IMG/VR virus record: IMGVR_UViG_3300008266_000014 | Coordinates: 91,531-155,530 of that record | Source of the DNA: a virus | Length of the DNA: 64,000 nucleotides | Strand: one strand, 5' to 3' | Shown here: piece by piece, positions 1 to 9,019 of the stretch | Layout of the letters: each line of letters opens with the position of its first letter | Position numbering within the stretch: position 1 is the stretch's first letter | Program-made: the position numbers and the translations under genes | Notes under the pieces: model-generated | Told to the model about the DNA's origin: nothing | Database searches by the model: none | Seen by the model: the letters and a program-made list of their open reading frames with translations, nothing else

Positions 1-2
1 AT

Positions 3-143
3 GTAGGAGAACTGGAGGTTGCGGTATCATGTACACCAAATAGGATTGTTCTTTTTGATAGTGTAATTCCGCATAGATCAACTTTAATCTCACCTAAAGC
101 ACCCTCTTACAATCTAATATTTGTATCCCAATTTTTACTATGA
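3..143 (+). CDS. 2OG-Fe(II) oxygenase, C-terminal fragment (truncated by window edge)
   Basis: Manual translation VGELEVAVSCTPNRIVLFDSVIPHRST...FLL*; PNRxVLFD..xPH is typical of the distal His strand of phage 2OG oxygenases. Confidence 0.6.
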   Translation, partial: VGELEVAVSCTPNRIVLFDSVIPHRSTLISPKAPSYNLIFVSQFLL

Positions 144-511
144 CTCCTTTTGATTTTGTCAATGCAATAAACAAGACTAAAGAAGATCTACTAAAAGACC
201 CTACCAACGAGAAGCTTTATCAGCCATTTATGGTCAATAAAGCATTGTCATATTTCTCTGATACTGCATTATATGCAAATGAGATGAATCTGTATCGTGA
301 TCTTGACCATAAACTGCAATTTCATTTTTTTCTAAATAGTATAAGACCTGCCAAGCGGTTTGCAAAGTGGGTGAAGAGGCAAGAAGATAATGATCTTTCA
401 GCAGTAATGGAATATTATGGTTATAGCACCGAAAAAGCTCAAAAAGCATTATCTGTCCTTTCTTCTGATCAAATTACAATAATAAAACAAAAATTAGAAA
501 AAGGTGGTTAG
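140..511 (+). CDS. gp62: Clamp loader small subunit (T4 gp62-like)
   Basis: PFDFVNAIN...YQPFMVNKALS...ANEMN motifs; directly upstream of regA as in T4-like phages. Confidence 0.9.
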   Translation: MTPFDFVNAINKTKEDLLKDPTNEKLYQPFMVNKALSYFSDTALYANEMNLYRDLDHKLQFHFFLNSIRPAKRFAKWVKRQEDNDLSAVMEYYGYSTEKAQKALSVLSSDQITIIKQKLEKGG

Positions 512-513
512 CT

Positions 514-912
514 ATGAGTATTATCGATAGTCTTGTAGAGGTTGCACTTTCAGCAGAAGATGATTTTCTAAAAGTGAAAGAAACACTCACACGTATTGGG
601 GTTGCATCAAGAAAAGACCGCAAATTGTTTCAGTCATGTCATATTCTCCATAAGCAGGGTAGGTATTATATTGTTCATTTTAAAGAGTTGTTTGCTCTTG
701 ATGGCAAACCTTCTAACTTTTCCGATGATGATAGAGCACGAAGAAACACGATCATTAATCTACTTGCAGAGTGGGGGTTAATCAAGCTACTAAATCCTCA
801 AAAGTCTAGTTCCCCTGTTGCACCATTCTCTCAGGTCAAAGTTATTACTCACAAAGAGAAAAACGACTGGGAGCTTGTTGCCAAATATAATATCGGCTCC
901 AAACGTGGATAA
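514..912 (+). CDS. regA: Translational repressor RegA
   Basis: DDFLKVKETLTRIGVAS...QSCHILHKQGRYYIVHFKELFALDG signature. Confidence 0.97.
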   Translation: MSIIDSLVEVALSAEDDFLKVKETLTRIGVASRKDRKLFQSCHILHKQGRYYIVHFKELFALDGKPSNFSDDDRARRNTIINLLAEWGLIKLLNPQKSSSPVAPFSQVKVITHKEKNDWELVAKYNIGSKRG

Positions 913-1528
913 TCAGAAGATATGGGACTATAGGTTTCTTGAGCTGGCAGAAACCGTGGCACAGTGGTCCAAAGACCCATCAACGAAAGTTGGTAGTGTG
1001 ATTGTTGATAACAATCGAAGAGTTATTGGGCTTGGTTATAACGGGTTTCCAAGAGGGATAGAAGACCACTCGGAGCGATATTCAGACCGCGATGTAAAAT
1101 ACCTGTTTGTTTGCCATGCAGAGCGAAATGCTCTTGATAATGCGCCGGGAAACGTGGAAGGGTCCACTCTCTATGTAACCCTGTTTCCATGCAACGAATG
1201 TTGTAAAAGTATTATCCAAAGAGGTGTTAAAAAAGTAGTAACTTTTGTTCCTTCCGCGGGGAAACGACTGTTGCACAACCATGACATTTCGTATATAATG
1301 TTAAAAGAGGCTGGTGTGGAACTGCACCAGTTAGCTCGGACATATTATGAGGAGTGGAAAAATGGAATTAGTATCAGTGGAAAAGATGAAGGAAGATCTG
1401 AGATCAAACAAGTGCAAAGTGACGTTCACCAAACAAGATGGGACGGTCCGAGATATGTTATGCACACTGATGGAAGCCTTTATTATACCTCAGGAGAAAA
1501 AGACAGAACGTGTAAAGACACCTTCTGA
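905..1528 (+). CDS. dCMP deaminase (probable GTG start at 905)
   Basis: SKDPSTKVG, GYNGFPRG, HAERNA and PCNEC zinc motifs; C-terminal tail overlaps the next gene. Confidence 0.9.
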   Translation: MDNQKIWDYRFLELAETVAQWSKDPSTKVGSVIVDNNRRVIGLGYNGFPRGIEDHSERYSDRDVKYLFVCHAERNALDNAPGNVEGSTLYVTLFPCNECCKSIIQRGVKKVVTFVPSAGKRLLHNHDISYIMLKEAGVELHQLARTYYEEWKNGISISGKDEGRSEIKQVQSDVHQTRWDGPRYVMHTDGSLYYTSGEKDRTCKDTF

Positions 1529-1613
1529 GAATACTTTGGCAGTATGGGATCTTGAAAAAAATGCATGGAGATCTTTCAGAACTGACTCGGTTTCAGCCTT
1601 TCAGGTATTATAA
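1362..1613 (+). CDS. WYL_2/Sm-like beta-barrel protein
   Basis: VTFTKQDGTVRDMLCTL...VWDLEKNAWRSFR; GGAG RBS before ATG 1362. Confidence 0.8.
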   Translation: MELVSVEKMKEDLRSNKCKVTFTKQDGTVRDMLCTLMEAFIIPQEKKTERVKTPSENTLAVWDLEKNAWRSFRTDSVSAFQVL

Positions 1614-1616
1614 ATA
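1609..1616 (+). promoter_or_regulatory. T4-type late promoter TATAAATA
   Basis: Exact gp55 consensus upstream of phoH. Confidence 0.7.
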
Positions 1617-1677
1617 ATGTAAAGTACAACTAGGACAACTGCATGCATCGTAAAAAAGAAGTAAAGCAGTCGTAGGG

Positions 1678-1714
1678 AAAAGGGCACATAGCTGAGAGGC
1701 GTGTGCCCTTTTTT
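1678..1714 (+). terminator. Intrinsic terminator-like hairpin upstream of phoH
   Basis: AAAAGGGCACA...TGTGCCCTTTTTT. Confidence 0.65.
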
Positions 1715-1743
1715 GTTTTATAACCATAACAAGAAGGACAGCC

Positions 1744-2487
1744 ATGAAACACAAAGCAAGAATTGCTGAAGCCTCAATCCACAATTTCCCAGACCAACCA
1801 AAAAGAAAACTCAAATTAAGAATAGATGATTTATCAGTTTTTGATCCTCTCACCAGAAACCAATCACTGTTTTTCGAAACATACAAGCAAGGAGCCAAAG
1901 CAATGATGCTGCATGGTGCAGCAGGTACAGGAAAAACCTTCATAGCCATGTATAAGGCGTTGGAAGAGGTTATGGATAAGGGTAATCCCTATCAGAAGGT
2001 GGTTCTTGTACGGTCTGTTGTTCCTTCACGTGAGATCGGTCATCTTCCAGGTGATGAAAAAGAAAAGACCGATGTATACCTTGCACCGTATAAAGCAACG
2101 TGTCAACAACTCTTTAACATAGATCAGGCATATGAAAGACTTGTTGAACAGAAAAACATTGAGTTCATGATTACATCTTTTGTTCGTGGCATTACAATCG
2201 ATAACGCAGTTATAATTGTCGATGAATGTCAAAACATGAACTTCCAGGAACTTAGTTCAATCATGACAAGGGTTGGTGAAAACACAAAGATCATTTTCTG
2301 CGGGGACTTCAAGCAGACAGATCTCTGCAAGAAAAATGATCAATCTGGCTTGCGGGACTTTGTAGAAATTATAAAGCACATGCCATCGTTCAGATCCATT
2401 GAGTTTGGGATTGAGGATATTGTTCGCAGTGATCTAGTTCGTGAATTTATCGTGGCAAACCTACACATTCAAACAATAAAAAGTTGA
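1744..2487 (+). CDS. phoH: PhoH-like ATPase
   Basis: GAAGTGKT Walker A, IGHLPG, RGITIDNAVIIVDECQN, GDFKQTD, DIVRS. Confidence 0.95.
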   Translation: MKHKARIAEASIHNFPDQPKRKLKLRIDDLSVFDPLTRNQSLFFETYKQGAKAMMLHGAAGTGKTFIAMYKALEEVMDKGNPYQKVVLVRSVVPSREIGHLPGDEKEKTDVYLAPYKATCQQLFNIDQAYERLVEQKNIEFMITSFVRGITIDNAVIIVDECQNMNFQELSSIMTRVGENTKIIFCGDFKQTDLCKKNDQSGLRDFVEIIKHMPSFRSIEFGIEDIVRSDLVREFIVANLHIQTIKS

Positions 2488-2506
2488 AATAGTTTAGTAA
2501 CTTTAG

Positions 2507-2514
2507 TATAAATA
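2507..2514 (+). promoter_or_regulatory. T4-type late promoter TATAAATA
   Basis: Exact consensus, followed by a GGTGCGT...ACGCACC leader hairpin before hsp20. Confidence 0.75.
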
Positions 2515-2580
2515 TGGGGTGCGTTGCCAATCGGGACGCACCTTTTTAATTTAATAAACCTTGCTTAATAGGAGGTCGTA

Positions 2581-2973
2581 ATGACTAATGATGAGCTGAC
2601 AAAGAACATTCCTAACTATCCTCCATACAACATCAAAAAAGTTGATGAAAACAAATATACAATCGAGCTTGCAGTGGCTGGTTTTGCAAAGCAAGATGTT
2701 GAAATCACTTTCGAAGATAACAAACTAATCATCTCAGGCAAAGCTTCTGACGATTCCGATGGTGAAAACTTCATCTGGAAGGGTATTGCTAATCGTGCCT
2801 TCACTCGTACTTTTGTTCTCGATGATCAGGTTGAGATTGAAAACGCGGAGATGTTGAATGGAATGTTGAAGATCTTTCTTGAGCGCATCATTCCAGAGCA
2901 CAAGAAGCCAAAGAAGATTGATATCAACGAGAAGCCTTCAAAAAGTGATAAGCAGCTACTGACGGAGGAATAA
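2581..2973 (+). CDS. hsp20: Small heat shock protein (Hsp20/IbpA-like)
   Basis: NYPPYNI, ELAVAGF, GIANRAFTRTF, NGMLKIFLER..PE..KP. Confidence 0.95.
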   Translation: MTNDELTKNIPNYPPYNIKKVDENKYTIELAVAGFAKQDVEITFEDNKLIISGKASDDSDGENFIWKGIANRAFTRTFVLDDQVEIENAEMLNGMLKIFLERIIPEHKKPKKIDINEKPSKSDKQLLTEE

Positions 2974-3143
2974 TGAGTAATCCAGTTGAAGACTTTCTCA
3001 GAGTAACGAGAGAGTTTTTGTTTGGTGACAACTCTCATTTTTCCAAAACAGAACTCACTTATTTGAATCAATCTGTTGATGCGGTAGATCTTGAATACCG
3101 TATGAAGCAGCTTGAAAGAAATCGTAATTATCTTCGTTACTAA
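2973..3143 (+). CDS. Small DUF3563-like protein (56 aa, not in ORF track)
   Basis: Manual translation MSNPVEDFLRVTREFLFGDNSHFSKTELTYLNQSVDAVDLEYRMKQLERNRNYLRY; YL.QSVD..DLE.RM..LE motif. Confidence 0.65.
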   Translation: MSNPVEDFLRVTREFLFGDNSHFSKTELTYLNQSVDAVDLEYRMKQLERNRNYLRY

Positions 3144-3185
3144 AACATAGGGGACGATTGTCCCCTATCTCAAAGGAAATATATT

Positions 3186-3476
3186 ATGACCATCAAAGTT
3201 ATTCGACTTGTCAATGGTGAAGAATTGATCGGCAAGTATTCAGAAGCACCTACTCATGTTACTCTAGATAAGGTCGGAGTAGTTCAAATGATCCCAACCC
3301 AAAAAGGTGTAAATATTGGATTGTTCCCTTTTGCACCATATGCTGAAGAAGACTCGTTTAAATTTAGTCATGAACATATCGTGACAACCTTTACTCCCGC
3401 AACTGATCTACTTAACAACTACAACCAAATGTTTGGATCTGGGATACAAATTGCTGGTGCGGGTTCATTGAAGTAA
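3186..3476 (+). CDS. Conserved Sm-like small protein upstream of DNA polymerase
   Basis: IKVIRLVNGEELIG...YNQMFGSGI pattern; usual position in T4-like phages. Confidence 0.7.
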   Translation: MTIKVIRLVNGEELIGKYSEAPTHVTLDKVGVVQMIPTQKGVNIGLFPFAPYAEEDSFKFSHEHIVTTFTPATDLLNNYNQMFGSGIQIAGAGSLK

Positions 3477-3491
3477 TCTCCAAGAGGTAAT

Positions 3492-6029
3492 ATGCGTTTC
3501 TACACCAATGTTCATGTGAACAGTAGTTCTGCTTTTGTACGTGGGTACGAGGATGGAAAGAGGTTTCAGTATCGACAGGACTTCTCCCCATACCTCTTTG
3601 CTCCATCACAAATCCCAACGGGGTATAGAACCCTTGATGGTAAGTATGTAAAACCTCTGCATTTTACTGATGTGAGAGAAGCAAGAGATTTTCTGAAGAG
3701 GTATGAGGAAGTCTCAAACTTTGCTCTCTACGGTTCTAATATGTTTACGTATCAATGCATATACGACACATTCAAAGGCGAGATTGAATATAACGTCGAT
3801 GACATTAGTGTCGTATCTCTTGATATAGAAACATCAACGAAGAATGGTTTTCCAAATATTGCCCTTGCGGATAAAGAAGTAATCACTCTTTCTATGCGAA
3901 AGAATGGAAAGTGTGCAGTTATTGGTACGAGACCGTATACACCAAAGTCTGATGATATTGTTTATTATCAGTGTAAGAATGAGTCTGATCTTCTCACTAC
4001 ATTTCTTAATCTTTGGAATTCTGAAGAATGGAAACCAGATGTTGTGACTGGCTGGAACGTCGAGGTATTTGATATTCCCTATCTGTACGTTCGGATATCA
4101 AACATACTTGGTGAGAAGGAGGCAAAGAGAATGTCTCCATGGAAACTTGTTAACTCGAGGTCCATTAGTGCAGAGAATCAAGGTCCGTTTGTTTATGATC
4201 TGATTGGTATTTCAACTCTAGACTATCTTGCCTTATACAAAAAGTTCTCATACACACCTCAAGAGTCATATAAGCTCGATCACATTGCTGAATACGAGCT
4301 TGGTGAAAATAAACTAGACTACTCTGAATATGAATCGATGCATGAGTTTTATGTTCAGAATTACGAAAAGTTTATTGACTATAACATCCACGACGTTGTT
4401 CTTGTTGATAAGCTGGAAGAGAAGTTGAAGTTTATCGAGCAGGTATTTGCTATCGCATATGATGCGAAGGTCAACTACGTTGACACATTCACAACTGTTC
4501 GTATCTGGGATATTATTATTACCAATTATCTCCTCGACAAGAAGATCGTTGTTCCTCATCACAAGTCCGAGGTATTAGAGAAACGAATCGAGTACGATAG
4601 ACAAAAAGGTCCGATCGTTGGTGCATATGTGAAAGATCCTCAAGTTGGGTTACATAAATGGGTTTGTTCTTTCGATTTGAACTCTCTCTATCCTCACTTG
4701 ATCATGCAGTACAACATCTCACCTGAAACATATAAAGGATTGGAGAGTGATATAACAATCGAGAATCTTCTCGAAAGTGAAAAGAGTAATGATCTGATTA
4801 AGAGACTTGATGATACCAATCAAACAATGACTCCCAATGGTGCTCTGTTTGATAAAGACTTTAAAGGATTCTTACCAACGCTGATGGAGAACATGTACAA
4901 CGATCGTTCTGAGTGGAAGAAGCGAATGATCGAAGCAAAGAAGGCATATGAAAAGAATCCATCTCGTAAAATAAGTAATGAGATTGCTCGATGCCATAAC
5001 ATGCAAATGGCAAAGAAGATTCAATTGAACTCCTGCTACGGTGCTCTTGGTAACACCTACTTCAGATGGTATCAACGTAATCTTGCAGAAGCAATTACAA
5101 TGTCTGGCCAACTTTCTATTCGCTGGATGGAAAAGAACATCAACAAGTATCTAAACAAGTTGTTCAAGACTGATAATGAAGACTATGTGATTGCTTGTGA
5201 TACCGACTCGATGTACATTCGACTTGATCGCCTAGTGCAAACGATGTTCGAGGATGATTCTGATAAAGCGAAGATCGTGAAATTTCTTGATGATGTTTGT
5301 GAAAAGAAGATCCAACCCTTTATTGATAAGACGTATGAAGATCTTGGCAATTACATGCAAGTGATGGATCAGAAGATGGTAATGAAGCGTGAAGCGATTG
5401 CAGATAAAGGAATTTGGACAGGGAAGAAGCATTACATTCTCAATGTGTACAATAACGAAGGTGTACAGTATGCAGAACCAAAGTTGAAGATGCAGGGTAT
5501 TGAAGCTGTTCGTTCTTCAACCCCCTCAGCTTGTAGAAAGAACATTGAGAAAGCTCTTAAGATTATCATGAACAAAAATGAGAGTGATATGATTGAGTTC
5601 ATTCGCAACTTCAAAGAAGAATTCGTATCACTTCCTTTTGAAGAGATTGCTTTTCCAAGAGGCGTTAAAGATCTGAAAAAGTATGCTGATAGTTCTTCGA
5701 TCTACAGAAAATCAACTCCTATCCACGTTAAAGGATCGCTGATCTACAACAACCTTCTGAGGGAGTATAAGATGCAGGATAAATATCCTTTCATCGGCGA
5801 TGGAGATAAGGTCAAGTTTTCTTATCTTGTGAAGCCAAATCCTGCAAGAGATTCCGTTATTTCTTGCCCAGGTGAATTGCCTAAACAACTCGGTCTAGAA
5901 AAATACATCGACTACGATACCCAGTTTGATAAATCATTTCTGGAACCGATTCGCTCTATCACAGATGCCATTGGTTGGAAGACAGAAGTCAAACAACAAA
6001 GAGCAACATTGGAAGATCTTTTTGCATAG
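3492..6029 (+). CDS. gp43: Family B DNA polymerase (gp43)
   Basis: Exo I DIET, SFDLNSLYP, KIQLNSCYG, DTDS motifs. Confidence 0.98.
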   Translation: MRFYTNVHVNSSSAFVRGYEDGKRFQYRQDFSPYLFAPSQIPTGYRTLDGKYVKPLHFTDVREARDFLKRYEEVSNFALYGSNMFTYQCIYDTFKGEIEYNVDDISVVSLDIETSTKNGFPNIALADKEVITLSMRKNGKCAVIGTRPYTPKSDDIVYYQCKNESDLLTTFLNLWNSEEWKPDVVTGWNVEVFDIPYLYVRISNILGEKEAKRMSPWKLVNSRSISAENQGPFVYDLIGISTLDYLALYKKFSYTPQESYKLDHIAEYELGENKLDYSEYESMHEFYVQNYEKFIDYNIHDVVLVDKLEEKLKFIEQVFAIAYDAKVNYVDTFTTVRIWDIIITNYLLDKKIVVPHHKSEVLEKRIEYDRQKGPIVGAYVKDPQVGLHKWVCSFDLNSLYPHLIMQYNISPETYKGLESDITIENLLESEKSNDLIKRLDDTNQTMTPNGALFDKDFKGFLPTLMENMYNDRSEWKKRMIEAKKAYEKNPSRKISNEIARCHNMQMAKKIQLNSCYGALGNTYFRWYQRNLAEAITMSGQLSIRWMEKNINKYLNKLFKTDNEDYVIACDTDSMYIRLDRLVQTMFEDDSDKAKIVKFLDDVCEKKIQPFIDKTYEDLGNYMQVMDQKMVMKREAIADKGIWTGKKHYILNVYNNEGVQYAEPKLKMQGIEAVRSSTPSACRKNIEKALKIIMNKNESDMIEFIRNFKEEFVSLPFEEIAFPRGVKDLKKYADSSSIYRKSTPIHVKGSLIYNNLLREYKMQDKYPFIGDGDKVKFSYLVKPNPARDSVISCPGELPKQLGLEKYIDYDTQFDKSFLEPIRSITDAIGWKTEVKQQRATLEDLFA

Positions 6030-6037
6030 GAAATAAA

Positions 6038-6334
6038 ATGAGCAAACCTATTTTTGATCTTGATGATGTAGAGGACTTTGGGTTCTCTGCAGTCAGTGAA
6101 GACGAGCTCAAATCACTTGAAAGAGAGCTAAAACAGCAGGTTGAACAGAAAGAGCAAGAGCTATCGTTGACTTCGAAGGAGTACAAGGATAAACTAGAAG
6201 CTCTTTATAAACTAATTATGCCTTTGCTCTTGAATTTGCAAAAAGATCCAGAAAAAGAATATATCCTTTGGCCAGATAGGTCAAAGAAAATGACAGCGTT
6301 TATTGCAAGGGTAAACAAGATAGTTCAGGATTAA
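6038..6334 (+). CDS. Conserved hypothetical phage protein
   Basis: DFGFSAV...PLL.NL.KDPEKEYILWPDR; ATG 6038 after AGGA. Confidence 0.7.
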   Translation: MSKPIFDLDDVEDFGFSAVSEDELKSLERELKQQVEQKEQELSLTSKEYKDKLEALYKLIMPLLLNLQKDPEKEYILWPDRSKKMTAFIARVNKIVQD

Positions 6335-6335
6335 A

Positions 6336-6935
6336 ATGATTGTACAGACATTTGGTAATGGAGTGCCAATTGTAATCCTTAAAAACATTATAAAAGACAA
6401 ATATATCTTAGTAATGTTGAAAGAAATTGAACAGATTATCGTCAACAATCTGTTAGAAGATGCTTCATCGTCAACCTCTGCTATCAGCGATCTTAAAAGG
6501 ATTAAAAATAACAGAGGACTGTTTATCGATGACTATTATAATGAGAGACGCGATGAAAGTGATATACTTAACGTACATCAGATCGTCAATACAATACTCC
6601 TTGACGAATTAGAAAACAAACACCAGCTGTTCAGATATTTTTCGGCAACTAACTCCCATAACACGCTACTGAGTGTTTATACAAACAGCAACAGTTACTT
6701 CGAGCATTTTGATAGATCCGTTATAACAGCCATAACGTATTTGTGGAATCAACCAAAGAAGTTCACTGGCGGTAACCTATTATTCAATGAGTATGATATA
6801 CAGTATGAACCAGAGCTGGGGGATGTTGTTGTTTTTCCAGGTTTTGTTAGACATGAGGTTTCGGAAGTTCAAATGAACAACGATGATCCACTTCACGGAA
6901 GATATGCTATTTCACAATTCTTTCACATTAGATGA
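6336..6935 (+). CDS. 2OG-Fe(II) oxygenase (prolyl-hydroxylase-like)
   Basis: HFD...FTGG.L.F...FPG..RHEV...GR. Confidence 0.85.
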   Translation: MIVQTFGNGVPIVILKNIIKDKYILVMLKEIEQIIVNNLLEDASSSTSAISDLKRIKNNRGLFIDDYYNERRDESDILNVHQIVNTILLDELENKHQLFRYFSATNSHNTLLSVYTNSNSYFEHFDRSVITAITYLWNQPKKFTGGNLLFNEYDIQYEPELGDVVVFPGFVRHEVSEVQMNNDDPLHGRYAISQFFHIR

Positions 6936-7837
6936 TTAATTATATCGCACTTCTGGTAGCAATTTGCTTGTCTGCGGTTGCAGCTTACTTTTCAATACTA
7001 GGCCTTGCAGCAATCTTTGCAGCATCGTTCTGGCCGATTGTTATTATGGGGTCTGCTCTTGAAGCAGCCAAGGTTGTTGCTGCTTCATGGGCATTTAGGA
7101 ATTGGCACACAGCTCCTGCTTTCATAAAGTACTATCTTGCATCTGCTGTTGTTGTATTAATGTTCATTACATCAATGGGCACGTTTGGATATCTTTCAAA
7201 AGCTCACATTGAACAGACAGCATCGATTAGCGATGTGTCAGCTCAAGTTGATGTTTATGATGAAAGGATTAAATCACTAAATGAAACAATCGAAGCCAAC
7301 CGTAAACTTCTTAAACAGTACGACGAGGCAGTTGACCAAGTCATGGCACGCTCGACAGATTCAAAGGGGGCGGAACGTGCGCTCCAAATTAGAAAGACCC
7401 AACAGAAAGATCGTGGCAGGATTATGGAAGAAATCAGTTCTCTCCAGAAAGAAGTTTCAAAGGTCACTGCAGAGAGGGCTCCTCTTATCTCTCAAGTTAA
7501 GAAAGTTGAAAGGGAAGTGGGTCCTATTAAGTACATTGCCGAACTCTTTATCGATAAAGCTGATGATACGTTTTTGGAGAAGACAGTTCGGTGGGTAATT
7601 ATTATGATTGTTGCGGTATTTGATCCTCTTGCTGTTTTGCTATTGATCGCTGCTAATCAAGGTATCCTCAGAGCCAAGCGATATCAGAAAGCAATGAACA
7701 CAAGAATCAAGAATAAATGGCAGCCAGAAAAAGATGAAGCAGCTGAGAAGAGGTATCAAAAATTGGTTTCGTTGATTGGAAAGGGATCAAAGAAGAAGAT
7801 CTCGATTGACAAAGATAAAATAAGGAAGATGACATGA
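6932..7837 (+). CDS. Membrane protein with coiled coil
   Basis: N-terminal hydrophobic helices, central heptads, FDPLAVLLL C-terminal TM segment. Confidence 0.75.
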   Translation: MINYIALLVAICLSAVAAYFSILGLAAIFAASFWPIVIMGSALEAAKVVAASWAFRNWHTAPAFIKYYLASAVVVLMFITSMGTFGYLSKAHIEQTASISDVSAQVDVYDERIKSLNETIEANRKLLKQYDEAVDQVMARSTDSKGAERALQIRKTQQKDRGRIMEEISSLQKEVSKVTAERAPLISQVKKVEREVGPIKYIAELFIDKADDTFLEKTVRWVIIMIVAVFDPLAVLLLIAANQGILRAKRYQKAMNTRIKNKWQPEKDEAAEKRYQKLVSLIGKGSKKKISIDKDKIRKMT

Positions 7838-8883
7838 GCTTTTTGAAAAATTTGATTAAGGAGATTGGTGATGAGGATACTCACCTGGCCAGTGACGGCG
7901 ATGGTAGTGCTGAGTTTTCTGGTTGTATTGATACTGGCAGCTATATTCTCAACGCTCTTCTCTCTGGTAGCCTCTATGGCGGCGTACCTGATAACAAAAT
8001 TACTGCTTTTGCAGGAGAGTCCGCTACTGGTAAAACTTTCTTCGTACTTGGTATCGTTAGAGCCTTCCTTGACAAGAACCCAACAGGAGCAGTCGTCTAC
8101 TACGATACAGAAGCAGCGGTTACCAGAGCAATGATGGAGTCCCGTGGGGTTGACACCACACGTGTTATTATTGCAGAGCCAGATACTATTCAGAAATTCA
8201 AGACACACGCATTAAAGATGATCGATGCTTATGAAAAGCAGCAAGATCGTCCACCAATGATGTTTGTGTTAGATAGTCTTGGTCTTTTGTCTACTAATAA
8301 AGAGATGGAAGACTCGCTAGATGGAAAAGATGTTCGCGACATGACAAAAGCTCAGGTTATCAAAGCAGCTTTTCGTGTACTTACTTTAAAGCTGGCAAAG
8401 GTGAAAGTACCAATGCTTGTTACAAACCACGTCTATGAGGTAGTCGGATCATATGTACCAACAAAAGAACTCGGTGGAGGAACAGGCCTCAAGTACGCAG
8501 CTAGCACTATTGCTATGCTCTCCAAAAAGAAAGAAAAGGATTCTGATGGAGACGTCATCGGGAGCCAGATCAAGATCAAAACATACAAATCAAGACTCTC
8601 AAAAGAAAACCAAGACGCAACTGTGTTACTTACTTTCGACAAGGGATTAGATAGGTACTTTGGACTTCTTGAGCTTGCGGAAGAAGCTGGTTTGTTTAAA
8701 AAAGTTGGTAATAGATACGAACTACCAGATGGTCGTAAAGTATATGGTAAGGAAATAATTACCAAACCAGAATCCTTCTTTGATGACACCTATATGCAAC
8801 AACTTGAAGAGTATGCAAAAAGGAAATTTAGCTATGGATCAGCAATCGCAGAAGTACAAGGTGACGTACAAGAACCAGCATGA
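7834..8883 (+). CDS. uvsX: RecA-like recombinase UvsX
   Basis: DTGSYILNALLSGS, AGESATGKT, YDTE, LDSLG, GGGTGLKYAAS. Confidence 0.96.
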   Translation: MSFLKNLIKEIGDEDTHLASDGDGSAEFSGCIDTGSYILNALLSGSLYGGVPDNKITAFAGESATGKTFFVLGIVRAFLDKNPTGAVVYYDTEAAVTRAMMESRGVDTTRVIIAEPDTIQKFKTHALKMIDAYEKQQDRPPMMFVLDSLGLLSTNKEMEDSLDGKDVRDMTKAQVIKAAFRVLTLKLAKVKVPMLVTNHVYEVVGSYVPTKELGGGTGLKYAASTIAMLSKKKEKDSDGDVIGSQIKIKTYKSRLSKENQDATVLLTFDKGLDRYFGLLELAEEAGLFKKVGNRYELPDGRKVYGKEIITKPESFFDDTYMQQLEEYAKRKFSYGSAIAEVQGDVQEPA

Positions 8884-9019
8884 CGAAATTGGCTTTAAGT
8901 ATTTTTTTCGTGATAGAGATATACTAGACTTTCTCTCAAAAAGACCAAATGGTGCCCTTGTAGTTAAACTGGAGCAATATGATAGAGAAACTAATTCTTT
9001 CCAATCTATTAAACAATGA
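8834..9019 (+). CDS. Small hypothetical protein overlapping the uvsX end and gp41 start
   Basis: ATG 8834 after AGGA; fills the gap between uvsX and helicase. Confidence 0.45.
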   Translation: MDQQSQKYKVTYKNQHDEIGFKYFFRDRDILDFLSKRPNGALVVKLEQYDRETNSFQSIKQ

